The notes under the pieces are model-generated. The model was not told where the DNA came from. It saw only the letters and a list, made by a program, of their open reading frames with translations, and did not search any database. A DNA stretch of 63,273 nucleotides, the filler included, from Reticulomyxa filosa (taxonomy: Eukaryota > Protista > Foraminifera): the NCBI GenBank assembly GCA_000512085.1. It is 16 parts of 16 records of this genome, joined end to end, with 100 filler letters (N's around TTAATTAATTAA, not from the genome) between each part and the next. Parts side by side here need not be neighbours in the genome. Positions count along the whole stretch, not along the records: positions 12,152 to 17,479 come from ASPP01020980.1; positions 17,580 to 18,940 come from ASPP01015171.1; positions 19,041 to 22,795 come from ASPP01020935.1; positions 22,896 to 30,808 come from ASPP01020250.1; 12 more parts are not named here. One strand, given 5' to 3'. Position 1 is the first letter of the stretch. The number at the start of each line of letters is the position of its first letter. Shown piece by piece: positions 12,250 through 26,139 of the stretch. The translations under genes and the position numbers were made by a program.

Positions 12250-14007
12250 ATGAACACATCAATGACAGTGGGATTCAAAGAGAGACCATTCATATGCTTT
12301 GAGAAATCGGAAGGATTACTCACACCAAATTTGAAATCACGGGCATCCAACGAATGGACAGAACGTACACAATTGATTCGGCTGACAGTTGAAAATAAAG
12401 CAACACCGACTCCTCCTTCGATTGTACTAAAGGCAATCAAACCGTATCAAGTCCAAGCCTTGATGGAAGAGCTGCGAGTAAGGTTGAGCATTGAGCCATC
12501 GAAAGATATCCGAATATGGCAAGTGAAAGATGACGTGCCATTGCTGGTGACATTTCCACACGCATTCCGTACCGACTGTCGTTTGATTGTCGAAGCGGAG
12601 CGCTATCCTCGACCCAACGAAAGCTTGTTATGTGTAAGCGTGTGGAACGAAAAGTCACAAACGCAATCGGAATTTGTACCTTTTCTATTCGTTAATTCAA
12701 TATCTGTGAAAGAAATTAAACAGCAAGTGTTGAAACATTTCCAATTGAATCCGGATGAATACAAGGAATGGACTCTTTATAACATTACTTACAATACTAA
12801 AAGTTTCTTTTATCAGGACGAACACACTCTCGGAGGCAAACTTAAATGCTCCAATGGCGAGCGCTTTTTGTTAGATAAAGGAGCCGGAGAAGGGTTCGAA
12901 AAACTTTCCAAACAAATTTATGCAGTCACAGACATACGCGATCTTTCTACGCCGTTTTTAAATGCAGATAAAGCAATGAGTATGGAAATGGATGGACTAA
13001 ATACGGTTTATTGTAGTGAAGAAGTCACTACTTTAGAAGTAGATGTGGACATTGACTATGACCAGCTGCGCTCCAAAATACATTCGTTGGAACAATTCAA
13101 AAATAATGTTCCATCATTTCAACATTTATTGATAAGTTGGTACGACATTGCCTATCATCGACCATTTTCATTTCCATGCTTATTTTCTGGTAAACTCACC
13201 AATCAGGTTTGTTGGTAATTATTCATTACGTTTTCTTCTACATATACATATATATATATGTATATATATATTTTTTTTTCCCTCAAAATAAATCAATAAT
13301 AAGATACAAATTTGAACTACATACATAAAAAGAAAAAATGGAATAACGAAAAAACCACATTGTTAGCAGTGGAAGTATTACCCGAACCTTTACCACACAT
13401 TTCTCAATATGCATTGTTTTTGCACATTTATTTAGCCAGATTAAAGCCAAAGGAAACAAACGGCGCTGAAAATAATAATACTAGCACTAATAACAATAAT
13501 GATAATAATAATAATAATAATAGTAACAATAACGGTAGTAATAGCAATAACAGCAATAATAATGTGGAACTGGAGTTTTGGCCTCCTGATGAACATCTAC
13601 GAATACTGTATGATGAAGGTGAACAAAAAATTACCTGGAGGCGTTTGCAAGCGCACTTAGCAACTCGATTTAAAATTAAACCAGAAAATACTTATGCAGC
13701 ATTGTATAAAGTTCGACAATTTCGATGGTTAGAATTGAATTCTTCACATGACGAGAGACACAGTTCCTTAGATGAACCTCCCTGGAGTATTAAAGGTCCT
13801 GGACGTGATGGTGACATCATTGTCGTGTTTGAATCATCTGAATATCCCTCATTCTTTAAGAAAATGGATAAGTGGCCCACACCGCCGCTGTCTGCAAAAT
13901 CCAGATTTGTAGCAGCGACAGGTGGCTATGATGAAGGATCCTATGCTACTTTGACAGATGCACCCAAACAACTTCGAGAACAACAGTTACGAATTGAAGT
14001 GGATTAA
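12250..14007 (+). CDS. Probable C-terminal part of a USP40/USP47-like deubiquitinase (tandem ubiquitin-like folds), 5'-partial
   Basis: Two long coding exons separated by a (TA)n intron. Ubl-like SVKEIKQQVLKHF. The C-terminus (EPPWSIKGPGRDGDIIVV...EQQLRIEVD*) resembles USP40/47 tails. Poly-Asn insert. No catalytic domain in the contig. Confidence 0.5.
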
Positions 14008-14701
14008 TTAGGGCATTTGGATAACAGGTGAAAAAAGGGAGTGGTGAGAGAAACAAATTTTTTACCCTCGAACTGAAACAACTTTTTTTTTGGTGATATT
14101 GTGTGTAAACGAGGGGAAACTATTTTTGGCCTCATTTTGGGAGTTCTGGTTGGGGATTAAACATTTTGAAATTGAACATTTTGCTCCAAGAAAAGCCGAA
14201 TAATAGTTTGAAAAATTGATGTTATGTGGTGTCCAACAAAAAACAAAATGGTAAATTGAAAATTTTATTATAAAAGAGGGCATGTTTTTTTTTCTTCACT
14301 TTCGTAATGTTAAAAACAACACTCAAACGCTAAGTTGTGTTCACCAAATATGTGTGAAATTTCGAAATTGAGTAATAATTTTGCAACCGTGCACTTGAAT
14401 AACTTTGCAAATTTCAATTTATCACTTATTATAAGAAAAGTGTTTGCACTCTCAAAAATGAAAATAATTTTCAATCAACGGTTAAAATAATGCACTTGAA
14501 TCGAAATTAATTTTTAAAAATATCATCAGGCGTGTGAAGGACGAAATTTTTTTTACAGAGTTGAAATTGGTCATGTGTGCATTCAAAAGGAAATTTTGAA
14601 ATTGAAAGAAAATCGTAGATTCGTTACGTTTTCTCAAGAAGATCATTCAGTAGAACTTGTATGGGCTGTAATTTACATTGAAGTCGATCGAGGAAACATA
14701 A

Positions 14702-16077
14702 TTATGACATATTTTCAATGACCATAGCCGTAGCTCCTCCACCACCATTGCAAACGGCAGCAATGCCATACCGTCCTGCGTTTTCTTTCAGGACAGTGAT
14801 TAATGTAACCAATATGCGGGCACCACTGCACCCGATCGGATGACCCAATGCAATAGCTCCTCCATACATATTAATGTTGTATGGATTAATTTTCAACAAT
14901 TGTTGATTTGCCAAAGTAACGCAGGCAAAAGCTTCATTGATTTCAAAAAAGTCCATTTCTGTGAGGCTTCTCAAATCCAATCCAGCTTTTTGCAATGCCT
15001 TCGGGATAGCCAATGAAGGGGTTGTACCAAATAACTCAGACGCTTGTTCCGCATCTGCATAGCCCAGGATTTTTGCCAATGGCTTCAAGTTGTAGTCCTT
15101 CACAGCTTCTTCACTGGCCAAAATTAACGCTGCACCGCCGTCACTTAACTGCGAGGCATTTCCAGCAGTGACAAATCCTTTTTGTTTGATTGTTGATAGA
15201 AAAATTCTATTCGCCAACAAACAACAAACAACATACCATCTTTTCCAAAAGCAGGTTTAAGATGACGTATTTTCTCTTCATTCAATTTCCAACAGCCTTC
15301 GTCTTTGTCCACCAAAGTTGGAGGCTGTCCTCGTTTTGCACTGGGCACCTCGATGGATACCAATTCTCCGTCAAACATATTCCTTTGATAAGCCATTTGA
15401 GCTCTTTGATAGCTTTCAATGGCAAAATCGTCCAGCTTGCTTCTCGTGATCGAATGTTCAATGCACAATTTGTCCGCATATGTACCCATCTCTGTTCCGT
15501 CTAATGCATCTGACAACCCATCGCGAATCATTCCATCAATCAACTTGATATTTCCCATGCGTGCTCCAAAACGTGTTTTTAGTGAATAATATGGAGCATT
15601 GCTCATCGATTCCATACCTCCAGCTTTTTTGTATTTAAAAATATGTGCGATAAAGGAGGAGAAGGAACAAATTTTGGAAAGAAAATTCCAGCGATTTTTC
15701 CTCCTCCCCCCCCCTCTTCTCATTTTCACGAAACTCAGCGCCACATGCGCATTTCCCAACTCAATGGACTGAGCACCGTAGCTCACTGCTTTCAATCCGC
15801 TGGCACAAACCTTATTTACTGTTGTACACGGCACACTATCCTTCAAACCAATGGCTCGACTGACTTGTCGCGCTGGGTTCTGCCCAACATTTGCCGACAA
15901 CACATTTCCAAATATGCACTCGTCAACCGAGTCTTTTGGAACTCCAACGCATCGGTCAAAACAACCCATTGCTGCCAACGCACCTAATTTCGGGGCCGAA
16001 AATGACGCCAGACCACCATTGAAAATTCCTATAGGGGTGCGAGAAGCTGAAGCAATATATGCGGCCCTACGTTTCAT
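14702..16077 (-). CDS. Acetyl-CoA C-acetyltransferase (thiolase II), 3 exons
   Basis: NKVCASG, GGMESMS, EINEAFA, GAIALGHPIGCSG and CNGGGGA motifs. Introns 15624-15734 and 15178-15236. Confidence 0.95.
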
Positions 16078-17069
16078 GATCTTCTTTAATTTGTGGAACT
16101 TTTCCTACAACACCTTTTTTAAACCGCTTTTCGGTCAAAACTACTTTTAATAAGGAGAAAAACAATTACTACCTATCCAAGCACTCCATGTAGCAAGACT
16201 AAGATATTTTTTCGAAGCATAACAAAACGAGAATGCTATTAGCAATAGATTAATTATAAAATGTCATAAATCAAAAATATCAACGAAATACAAAAAAATA
16301 TCTACCTGAAGTTAGTATAAAAACCAAAGTATTCCGCAATAAATAAACAAAAAATAGCAAACATAAAAAATAAAAATAATGTGTTGTAGAAAGGGACAAA
16401 ATGTTTGTAATTGACAAAAATTATTGAAAAAATAAAACCTATTTTTTGAAACATTTGAAGATTTGTACATATTTAAAAATTCAAAAAATGTTGATTTTTC
16501 ACGCGAAATCGATAATTCATAAGATACCATTTCGTGTTTAGGACTTTTATTCCTAGCTGTGGATAAATTTCCGTAAATAAAAAATATCATTTTAAAAAAT
16601 GATATTGATGCATTGCAATCGATAACTTAAATTCAGAGAATGTCAATGCGGCAAATATGCTTGTGGAAAAAGTGATGAAATTGAAGCAATGTATCTAGTT
16701 TAGGATAGAACCAATTTTTGAAAAGAGATAGTTGTCATTCAATAACGCCTGGGTGTTAAGTCTTTCAATTAAATGTTATTTCCAACGAATAATTCTTTGT
16801 CCAAGATGAAGATAGTTTAATGTGTATTTCTTTTAGTGATATTACACAAATAAAAACACTGTGAAAAAAATGCTAAACTAGAGATAATGTTTAAACACAA
16901 GCTGTCCATAAAAAGCTCACTAAAACATAGTATATTCTATAGCTTGATAGCATACAAAACGTGTAAAAAAAAAAGCAAAACAAGAAGGAGAAGCCCTGGT
17001 GAAAGATGGTTAGTTTTTTTTTTCGAAAAAATTCTTGTTTTGAGAATTTTTCATTGGAATTAGGCAAGA

Positions 17070-17331
17070 TTGATGCAAGGAAAAAAAGTGGAAAATTTTC
17101 AACAAAAATCTGGTGCACAAAAACAAGAGCTGAAAATGCAACAAGTGAGCGATTTTTTACTGTTTGACAAAGAAGTAATGCAGCGAGCAGAAAGCAAAGA
17201 GAAGCAAAAGACGGTGCAAACAACAAACGGAGAAGCAGAGACAGAAAGAAAAGGGAGCGTAAATGGTAATGACAGTCAAGAGATTGAAAAGTTGCCATTG
17301 TTGAAAGAAGAAAGTGACCCAGGAAAGAAGC
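17070..17331 (+). CDS. Possible exon of an unknown charged protein, truncated by contig end
   Basis: Purine-rich, coding-like ORF (QQVSDFLLFDKEVMQRAESKEK...). No recognisable domain. Confidence 0.3.
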
Positions 17332-17446
17332 GTGTTTTATTAATTAAAAAATTGAAGTTGTGTAATATCGTATTTGATTTTTCGGCGGAAAATGTATGTA
17401 AGCGGAATGCCTGTATTGTTTGTTAAAGCGTGATGCGAGGAAAGTT

Positions 17447-17479
<33 letters not shown>

Positions 17480-17649
17480 NNNNNNNNNNNNNNNNNNNNN
17501 NNNNNNNNNNNNNNNNNNNNNNNTTAATTAATTAANNNNNNNNNNNNNNNNNNNNNNNNNNNNNNNNNNNNNNNNNNNNATATATATATATATAAATATA
17601 TATATATATAAATATATATATATATGTATATGTATATGTATATGTAAAC

Positions 17650-18898
17650 AAAACATATTTGTCGAGACTGGAAACAAAGATGTAACCAAAACAATACGTC
17701 AAATCCAAATTTCCACTCACACTTGTGCGCAAGTGTCCCAATGCATCTCCCGTGGACAGATCGTATATTCCAATGTGACCTTTGTTTTGTGTATTATTTG
17801 TTATTGCAATTGATGTTTTTTTTTTTAATTGGGAAAAAAAAAACAGCTTAACAATCTAAAGACACAGCAAACAGATAGCCCGTTGCGCCAATGGTCTTAA
17901 TGTCATTTGCACACATAGGCATGCTTTTTTCCTTGCTTCGGTAAAGGCCTCAGAAGTGTAGGTGATTTGCTGCTGGTTCAGCACCATCATCGAGGTCACC
18001 GGCAACGCAAATAATCGCGGGAAAAATCCAAAGTTCCGTATTTCCTATTCACAAAACAAGGATTCATCGACCCCCCACCCCACCCAAGTCCACCGACAAT
18101 GTTATGTTATGTAACAGCACTCTTCTATAAGTTTTAAGAGAGAGAGAGAAAGAAATAGAAGAACCTGTGTGTCAGGATAATAGACAAACAAAATAATAGT
18201 GCCATGCTCCGTTCCAATGAAAAGTAAATTGAAGGCTTTGTAAAAGTAAGCGGACCGAGGATGGTTCCATTTCATAATGTATGTGAAAAGTGGTCTTTTA
18301 CGCCAATCGGTAGGGTTGTCCTGGTCTACTGCGTTACTTGTCATTCGCAGATAATTTTCTGACGCCGGCGAGTCGATATAATAACCGAGAGGCGCACTTG
18401 CGTTGGAATGGCTGTGCGTGTCGTCCTCGTCTTCCTTTTTTTTTCCTTGTCCTTGACACTTTTCTCTTGCCATTCCCATAGGTTTATTTTCCCTAGCATC
18501 GACTCTACATTTTCGATTTCTTTGTTCACGTTTGTGTTCGTAGTATTGCTCTCATTGTTATTATTATTATTATTATTATTATAATTATTATTATTATTAT
18601 TATTATTAGTATTAGTATTATTCGTGTCATTTGCAATTTCTTTTCCATTGGTCGTTGGTTCATCTGTTTTCTCTTTCTTTTCCTCTTCTTTGCTATCTGT
18701 CTCCTTTTTGTTCGATTTCCCCGCTCCAATGTCGCTCAGTAATGTCTCCCACCAATTTGGCTTTGTGTTGTCCGAATAAAGCGTCGAGACAGTCAGAAAT
18801 ATATTCTCATTTGCGCACGACACCAACAACACGCTCCATTCGCGCTTTTGTTTTATTGTTATTTGATTATTGTTACTGACTATTACTCCTTTTGCCAA
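17650..18898 (-). CDS. Unknown spliced protein fragment, beta-propeller-like segments plus poly-Asn
   Basis: LLFIGTEHGTIILF, GHIGIYDLSTGDALG and IFVSSLDK resemble WD-like strands. Both ends are truncated. Confidence 0.45.
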
Positions 18899-18899
18899 A

Positions 18900-18940
<41 letters not shown>

Positions 18941-19040
18941 NNNNNNNNNNNNNNNNNNNNNNNNNNNNNNNNNNNNNNNNNNNNTTAATTAATTAANNNN
19001 NNNNNNNNNNNNNNNNNNNNNNNNNNNNNNNNNNNNNNNN

Positions 19041-19076
<36 letters not shown>

Positions 19077-19077
<1 letters not shown>

Positions 19078-20722
19078 TCCAATCAAATCACGTGCGAGCA
19101 ACAAACACAACAAGTAAAATAAAAGAAGACCTGAAACTGCGGGAATCGGAAGTCCGCACGTCGGTCGCACAGAAAATGAAAGCGAATTCTGGCCAAAATG
19201 ATGTGTTTGTGCGAGACAAAAACGCAATTACGCTGGTCCAACGCTTGAGTGATGGCAAGACACAGATTCGAATAACCAAATGGATTTGTCTGTCCATTTG
19301 CATATCATTGATTTGGGATTTCACGCCTTTGGCGGAGATCGCTCATTTTTTGATAAGATCAGTGCCGTCGTGTTGGTTTGCGATGTTACCGACCCTTCAT
19401 CGCTTGATCATTTGCTGTTCAAGTTTTGTCTTTTCCAATTTCTGTCTGTCTTGTGTAAATATGTATGTGGTGGTACCTGTCGGTTTCTGTTCATATCTTA
19501 TATTTTTTTACTCCTCTGGTATAATAACATGCGAAAGGTACCAAGACTTTTTGAGCAAACTTCCTGTCGGTCGCAAACATCGCACCTCCTCTGTGGGGAG
19601 CGAATCCTCTCGTCACGGATCCGACGTTCCATTTCTGCCGGTGATTGTCGCGGCCAACAAATGCGATGAAAAAGCGAAGCGTGTGATATCGCTGCAGGAC
19701 ATTCAACACTTTGTAAAGTCCAAACTCGAGCCGGTTGTCAATGCTCAGCTCGTCGGGTCGGGACCCAGTCTCGTTGGCACTGTTCCTCCTAACACTCCTC
19801 CTTTGCCGCCCGAAGAGGCCGAATGGGACGACTTGGATGATGTCTCTTCGATTGGCACAAACAGTGCCACTAATACTCCGAAATATGCTCTGTCCAATAC
19901 GATGACCTTCCTTCCAACCCACAAAACCAATGATCACACAAACACAAATCACAATGTCGGCATATCAAGATCAAAGACAGATCTGACGCAGTTTACCTAT
20001 TTTTATGGAAATGAGGCGCCTTCCAATTTGTTCCAAGGGAGACGGCAAATCTATTCCACCATGTGGAATGCACCTTCTCTCAATGTGTTACATTCCGAAA
20101 AGGATACCTTATGGAACGAAGGAGACGACGAAGAAGAGATGGAAACACAAATCCAAACACAAAGAAGAAGAGAAAAAAGCTATCCTATTCACGCCGGTGA
20201 TGACAAGCAGTTTAATCGAGAGATTGATACCAATCCCGAAATTGTCCCATTACCAATCGATCAAAAAGTTGACATCGATGACGACAATAGTGAAGTTCAA
20301 AGCAGCAACAAACTTGTTGAACATGACAATTTTGATGATTTTTATGACGACTCTGTCCGTGTCAGCATTGTTGAATGCAGTGCTGCTACTGGAAAAAACG
20401 TTGACAAAGTTTTTGAAAAATGCACTCATAAGGTATGTGAGTTTGAAATCAGGAAAAGGAGGAGAGTCCAAAAATCTTCTACTAAATTGTAAAAAAAAAA
20501 AAAAAAAAAAAAAAGGTACTACCTTCACGGCTGAGTGAAGCTGGACACAGAAGGACAAAAACAACCGCTTTGGTAACTGCACCAATTTGGTTGCGCCAAA
20601 TTGTAGACGCTTTTGCAGATTCGGACGATGAAGCGTCCATTGCTCGCAAAGAATCCCTTGAAGATGATCGATTTCTCATTTTAGATGATGATGGAACCAC
20701 CTTGGAATCCTTGTTTGACTAA
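19077..20722 (+). CDS. Atypical Ras-superfamily GTPase, 5'-partial, with a ~200-aa insert
   Basis: LHIIDLG (G3-like), SAVVLVCDVTDPSSLD, VAANKCD (G4), ECSAATGKNVDKVF (G5). Intron 20433-20515. One apparent frameshift near 19258. Confidence 0.75.
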
Positions 20723-21348
20723 TCTTACAATATTTGCAATAACATTCATGTAATACAAACGATTCTACATAATGACATAACCTATTGTTTTCGCTGATGG
20801 TTTTAGTTTTGTTTTATTTTTTTCTTTCTTTTTCTTTGTCTTTTTTCTTAGTTTTTTTTCGAATATTTTTTTTTTAAAGATGTGGAATTTGTACTTTGTC
20901 TCGTTTTAATTTTTTGTATTTATTTCTTTCAATCGTTTATTGCCATGATGACAAATAAGTTTCTGAGCGCTTCGTGAAAAAAGCAATTTACCAGGGTGGT
21001 GTGAGGCATTGAAATGAAATTTCTGTAATATTCTTTTTTTTTATTTTTTTTTTTGAAGTCAATTGTATTTATGGAAGCCAATGTAAAATAATCTACTGAT
21101 ATAATTGCCCAACATAAACTCAAAAATTATATCAAAAAAGGGAACAGTTTGAGAGTAATCAAAAATAACTACTTGAAAAAAAAAGGTTTGAAAGCTTTGC
21201 GTCCTTTCATTCAATTATTTTCACTAGTTGCAAAATTAAACTGTTGATTTTTTTGGTGGAAAGCTTATTTGCACCGACAGGAAGCAAAAAGGAGTATGAG
21301 ATGGTAATAAGAACAGCACATTGGAAAAAAACACACTCTACATTTAAA

Positions 21349-22311
21349 CTACAAAAACATTCCGTAAGGATCATCATTACTTCCATTCCCTCGTCCTCTT
21401 CCATTTCCTCTTTTTGGTGGTTGTAAGTCGTCAGGGTCTGGACCAGGGCGTCTTCCAAGGGAGCCCGGGCCGTATGGATCAAACCTCGCACCATCAGGAA
21501 CTCCAGGTCGTGGATTTTGAGAACCTGGCAGGCCATCCCGGTTTCCAAAGCGGGGATGTCTAGGTCCCATCAAACCACCACCGATGCCACTTCCTCCAAT
21601 TCCTCCGATCCCTCCATTTGGGATAGGGTTCAAGTCACTACCAAAATCTCCGCCAAATGGATTTGGTCTATTTCGGTTGCTTTCGTAGTAATCAGGATAC
21701 GTTCCAAAATCATCAATCAAATCGATTTCTCTGTTATCTTTTTCTTTTTCTTTTTCCTTGTCCTTTTCTTTTTCCTTTTCGGTTTTGCTGGATGTTTGAG
21801 AAGGTATGACTTTGTGTGTGATTCGCTCTTCAATTAACAAAGTAAGAGCGCCAAGATCTTTGAACATCTTATCAAAGTTTGTGTTTTCGGGGGTAATTTT
21901 TTCATCTAAATTAATGTGATCCGACACGCTCAAATCCATTACAATGACATTGTCACTGCCACTTCGAACAGCCGAAATAATCAAAGAATTTTCTTCTAAT
22001 TGTAACACTTTCACCAAAATAGTTGGTGGTATTTGATCTTTTTCCTCTTTCTTTTCATCGGTGCTACTTGATTCTGTCGGTTTAGAACTTGGTTTGGTTT
22101 CACTTGAAGTCGCATTTTTTTCGACATAACGAAATGTATATAATTCATGTGAGCGATTCCATCCTTGTGGCACAGATCCAATATCCTCCAGGTACTGCTC
22201 TTGCGAGAGACCAACGAGTCGGTAGGTCTGCAAAAAAGACAAATGCACCGCGAATGCAATCAAATCATTGGGATGAGAAAAGATGGGATTGTATTTCTTC
22301 AACGATTCCAT
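21349..22311 (-). CDS. PSMF1: Proteasome inhibitor PI31
   Basis: FP domain (AFAVH...RLVG...PQGWN...YTFRY) and a Pro/Gly-rich tail (GGLMGPRHP, VPDGARFDPYGP, PDPDDLQPP) ending in GMFL. Intronless. Confidence 0.92.
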   Translation of the reverse strand: MESLKKYNPIFSHPNDLIAFAVHLSFLQTYRLVGLSQEQYLEDIGSVPQGWNRSHELYTFRYVEKNATSSETKPSSKPTESSSTDEKKEEKDQIPPTILVKVLQLEENSLIISAVRSGSDNVIVMDLSVSDHINLDEKITPENTNFDKMFKDLGALTLLIEERITHKVIPSQTSSKTEKEKEKDKEKEKEKDNREIDLIDDFGTYPDYYESNRNRPNPFGGDFGSDLNPIPNGGIGGIGGSGIGGGLMGPRHPRFGNRDGLPGSQNPRPGVPDGARFDPYGPGSLGRRPGPDPDDLQPPKRGNGRGRGNGSNDDPYGMFL

Positions 22312-22687
22312 TATATTTAGCTAATAAATTTTGATATGTTGTGAACAATAGGGTCTCCTCGCGTGAAAAGACACAAAACTCAAAAAGAAAAGAAAAGAAA
22401 ATTTGTCCAGTTGAAAAAGTATTAACTAGTTTTTCAATTTAAATTCATTTCTGTAACAAATTCGAAAGGACAATTGAAAGGAGTTCGCTCTCAATTTTAA
22501 AAAAACTGACTTAACTTTGTTGACGTACTCACAACTAACTGGTTTTGAAACCTTGCCTTCCTTACCACTTTCACTTTCTGAGCCTTAATGTGTGTCAGTT
22601 GATCCTGAACTTCTTGTTTGTGGTGGCGCTTTTGCGAACGGACGTTATTCATATAACATAACAAAAAATGAATATAAAGATATATGT

Positions 22688-22795
22688 TATTATCCAAGTA
22701 ATATTAAATTATGTGGACATTGTGTTGTAAAATTGATAAATAATGATGAATAAAATGATGTTAATACATTATTATCATTTGGTGGACAATTTCAT
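22688..22795 (+). pseudogene. Kelch-like family fragment
   Basis: YYPSNIKLCGHCVVKLINNDE*NDVNTLLSFGGQF, homologous to 7590-7700, with an internal stop. Confidence 0.65.
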
Positions 22796-23766
22796 NNNNN
22801 NNNNNNNNNNNNNNNNNNNNNNNNNNNNNNNNNNNNNNNTTAATTAATTAANNNNNNNNNNNNNNNNNNNNNNNNNNNNNNNNNNNNNNNNNNNNCCTTT
22901 TCGTATTACATTTAGTATAACCTCTTCCAGCTGACGTCTCACAGGCTTATAATCAAATATCGCAATCAAAGCAATAATCAATGGTTAAATTGTTTCTTTT
23001 TCTTTTTAAATGTACAAATATAAGTCAATCCTGTGAAGTCAAAGATATTATGTTCTTCAATAAAGCAGGTATCATTGAACATGTTTTTATCTCTGGCTCC
23101 ACTTTGGACTCCACATCACAGCTAATATCATCCATAAATGTTTTTGTTATCTCACATTCTACTTGTGTTATTCCTTTGGATTTAATTTCTTTGATTCTCC
23201 ATCTACTCGTTATTTCTAAATGCTATTCGCTGGTCCTAGCTTTCTCAATATAAAGACAATGTTCGACTTTCGAGCCTGCCAATATCGTGCATGTTAATCT
23301 TATAAATTTGTGAAACAGTTTTTATAATCAAAAATATCTTAATATTGTTGTTTTCACTACGGTCGTCATATGTTTTCTTTTTTCTTTCAAAACATAAATT
23401 TGAATTTTGTATTTTTTATATTGTCTTCACTTACGTGAAAACTGTGGTTTTTATTCCACTATGTTTGCCACTTAAAAGAGCAAACGTATTCACCGATAAA
23501 AAAAAGTAGTATCATCAACACAGAGAAAATGCGAAAAAGGGCTGTAACCCCAAACAGAACAAGGGATGTGAGGGACAGGAGGGAGAAAAAAAAAATTTGT
23601 TGAAGCCACAAAAACTCAAATTTGTATCAAATCACAACATGACACTCCACTCACTTCAGCCACACATCACCATACAATAACACGACACAACACAACACAA
23701 CACAGCACAGCACAAAAAAGACTACAAATGTGAAAAACAATAGAAAGAATATCCATTGACTTCACT

Positions 23767-24705
23767 TCACTTGTCCGCTTCGTCACCAATAGTCACCAAT
23801 ACTTTGACACTAAAATATTCATGAAGAGCACGGTTTGCCACTCCACCAATACCAAAGGCTGGCAGTATTCTTGCCATTCGAGCCGCAGCTGTTTTCCCGT
23901 ATTCCCGTCGAACGAATTTAAGCCGCTTTTCCCAAGTAGACTGCTTATTGTTATATAAATCCGATCCCAATAGGTGCAGAGGTGTCGACAGCAATTGGAT
24001 CGACACAGGGCACAACAGTTGGGTAGCAACGAGAGCTGTCTTATAACTGGAAAAATACCCATTGTCATGGAGTTTCTTTGCTAAGGCAGGCGGCAAGTTG
24101 AATGACATAGCAATTGTCATACAATCTCTGGTTAACCACAGTAGCAGAGATGTTTTCGGTACTTTCGATGGGGGAATCAGGCCAAACATTCGAGTAAAGG
24201 CACGATCTTTTGCAATGCAAATCGAGATATTCACAAAACTCACCCCCACAAACTTTGGAATATCTTTGTTCAAATGATATTTCTCACAAATATGCTCAAT
24301 CAAATTCGCACTCATGTAAGTGCAAGAATACAACGTTACAATCCAACGATACGAAGGATGCCCAAAAAATTTACCGGGCCTTTTTTTGTTTTTGTCGTTT
24401 ATGGAATTTTCTGTTTGTTCAGAGAAAAACGGTGAACAAAAAACAAACTGTTTTATAATGTCGTTGATAGTAATCTTTAACGACTCCACCATCGGTTTTT
24501 GACCGCTTGCATTCTGAAAAATAGCCTTATCCACTACGAACACAAAATCAACAATTATCTTTTAAACAGTCGACAAGTCTATATGAAAAAATTTACCAGT
24601 CGTAACGAAAGGGGACACCCCCAGCGCAGCACAACAAGCCGCCGTTAGGTCCACAGCAACGCGATAATAGACTGGAAGTCGCAGACGGGCTGGCTCAGAG
24701 GTCAT
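23767..24705 (-). CDS. Conserved uncharacterised membrane protein (fungal/protist family, distantly carrier-like), 3 exons
   Basis: SPFVTT|VDKAIFQNASG, KDRAFTRMFG, RDCMTIAMSFNLP, STPLHLLGSDLYN, ARILPAFGIGGVAN. Confidence 0.7.
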
Positions 24706-26139
24706 TATTGCTTTTTTATACAAACGAAGCAGGTGAATAAAAGGTGTTCGTGGGGATAAAGGAACTTTTGACCCTTTTGAAAAAGTTGCTTGAGTTTTGG
24801 TCCAAAGCAAAACTAAAACAAAAACATATACAGACACAACAGAAAACATGAAAATAAACAATTTTAAAAAACCCTATGTTTGTCAACTTCTCAGAATAAT
24901 TGACTTTTGAACTTTACTTTTAAATTGAACGTATAGGATAAGGCCATAGTAAAGAAGTTCTATCTGAACTTAGAAGTTCCTTTTTACAAAACTTACTTTT
25001 TTACTTTTGTTTTATATTCTTTCGTTTAGTGTTGTATTCTCTCGAAGGAGCGGTCATTTATCGAACTAATGTAGGATGAAGACGTTTAGTGTTAAGAGAT
25101 GTTTCAACGAAAACTTGAAACACAAATGGGCTAAACTACTTTATTGTTTTTGTTTCTAATTTTATTTTTGTCTTAATTTAACTTTGCCTGGCAGAAAGTT
25201 GCTGACCACACTATCACTACATTTGACACATACTGTTACTGCGACTGAACTAAGAAACATTAGCAAAGCAAGAACGAGAAAATATATTAATTGTTGAAGA
25301 TTTAAGCGCTATACTAATCAAGAATCTACAATTCAAAAATTAGCTAATATATGATGACGAATAAAAGACACATTATAATCAAAGTTAATGTTATCATTAA
25401 ACTAGAAAAAATCAAAAAATTCAATTGACATATAACAAGATATCTCAATAATATATGATCAATATGTTAGCAAATTAAGTCAAAATATTAATGGAACTAT
25501 TTGTTATGACAATTGGAGAATATGACAACACACAATTGTATTACAGTTGATAAAAATATAGAAATGAAATACATAAACAGTTTTGCCAAATCAGTATAAC
25601 AAAAGAATAATTATTTACAAACTATAAGCATATGCTATACTAGAATTCATACGAAAAAGGACTTGTGTCAATCAAAGAGAAATGAATACGTAAACTGCAA
25701 TTAAACGACGAATATTGAAATTTATTTGACATATGCATAATCAACGTGAATGCACAGTAACATGAATGAACTGAATGTAATTTAGATAAAACAAGATTAG
25801 CGACAAGTTGAACAAATAATCACAATGATTGTAATTGATAAGTTTATGAAGAAACATGGTAAAATTGGAATTTAATCAGATGTTATGTTAGTCATATGAT
25901 ATATTGAATAAGCACACTAAATTGATTAAAAACACTATTCACGTTAAGACAATTATAACAACAATATTGATCAAATATGGACGCAATTATAAAAGTTTCA
26001 AATATTAAAATTAATATTAATTGAAAATATAAATGCAACAACTTGATCTTAAAGTAGTCAAAGATAAAAATAATAACACAAAATTGAACATTATAAATTT
26101 GTAAAATCCAGATATCCAAAGGAAAATTGATAAATTAAT

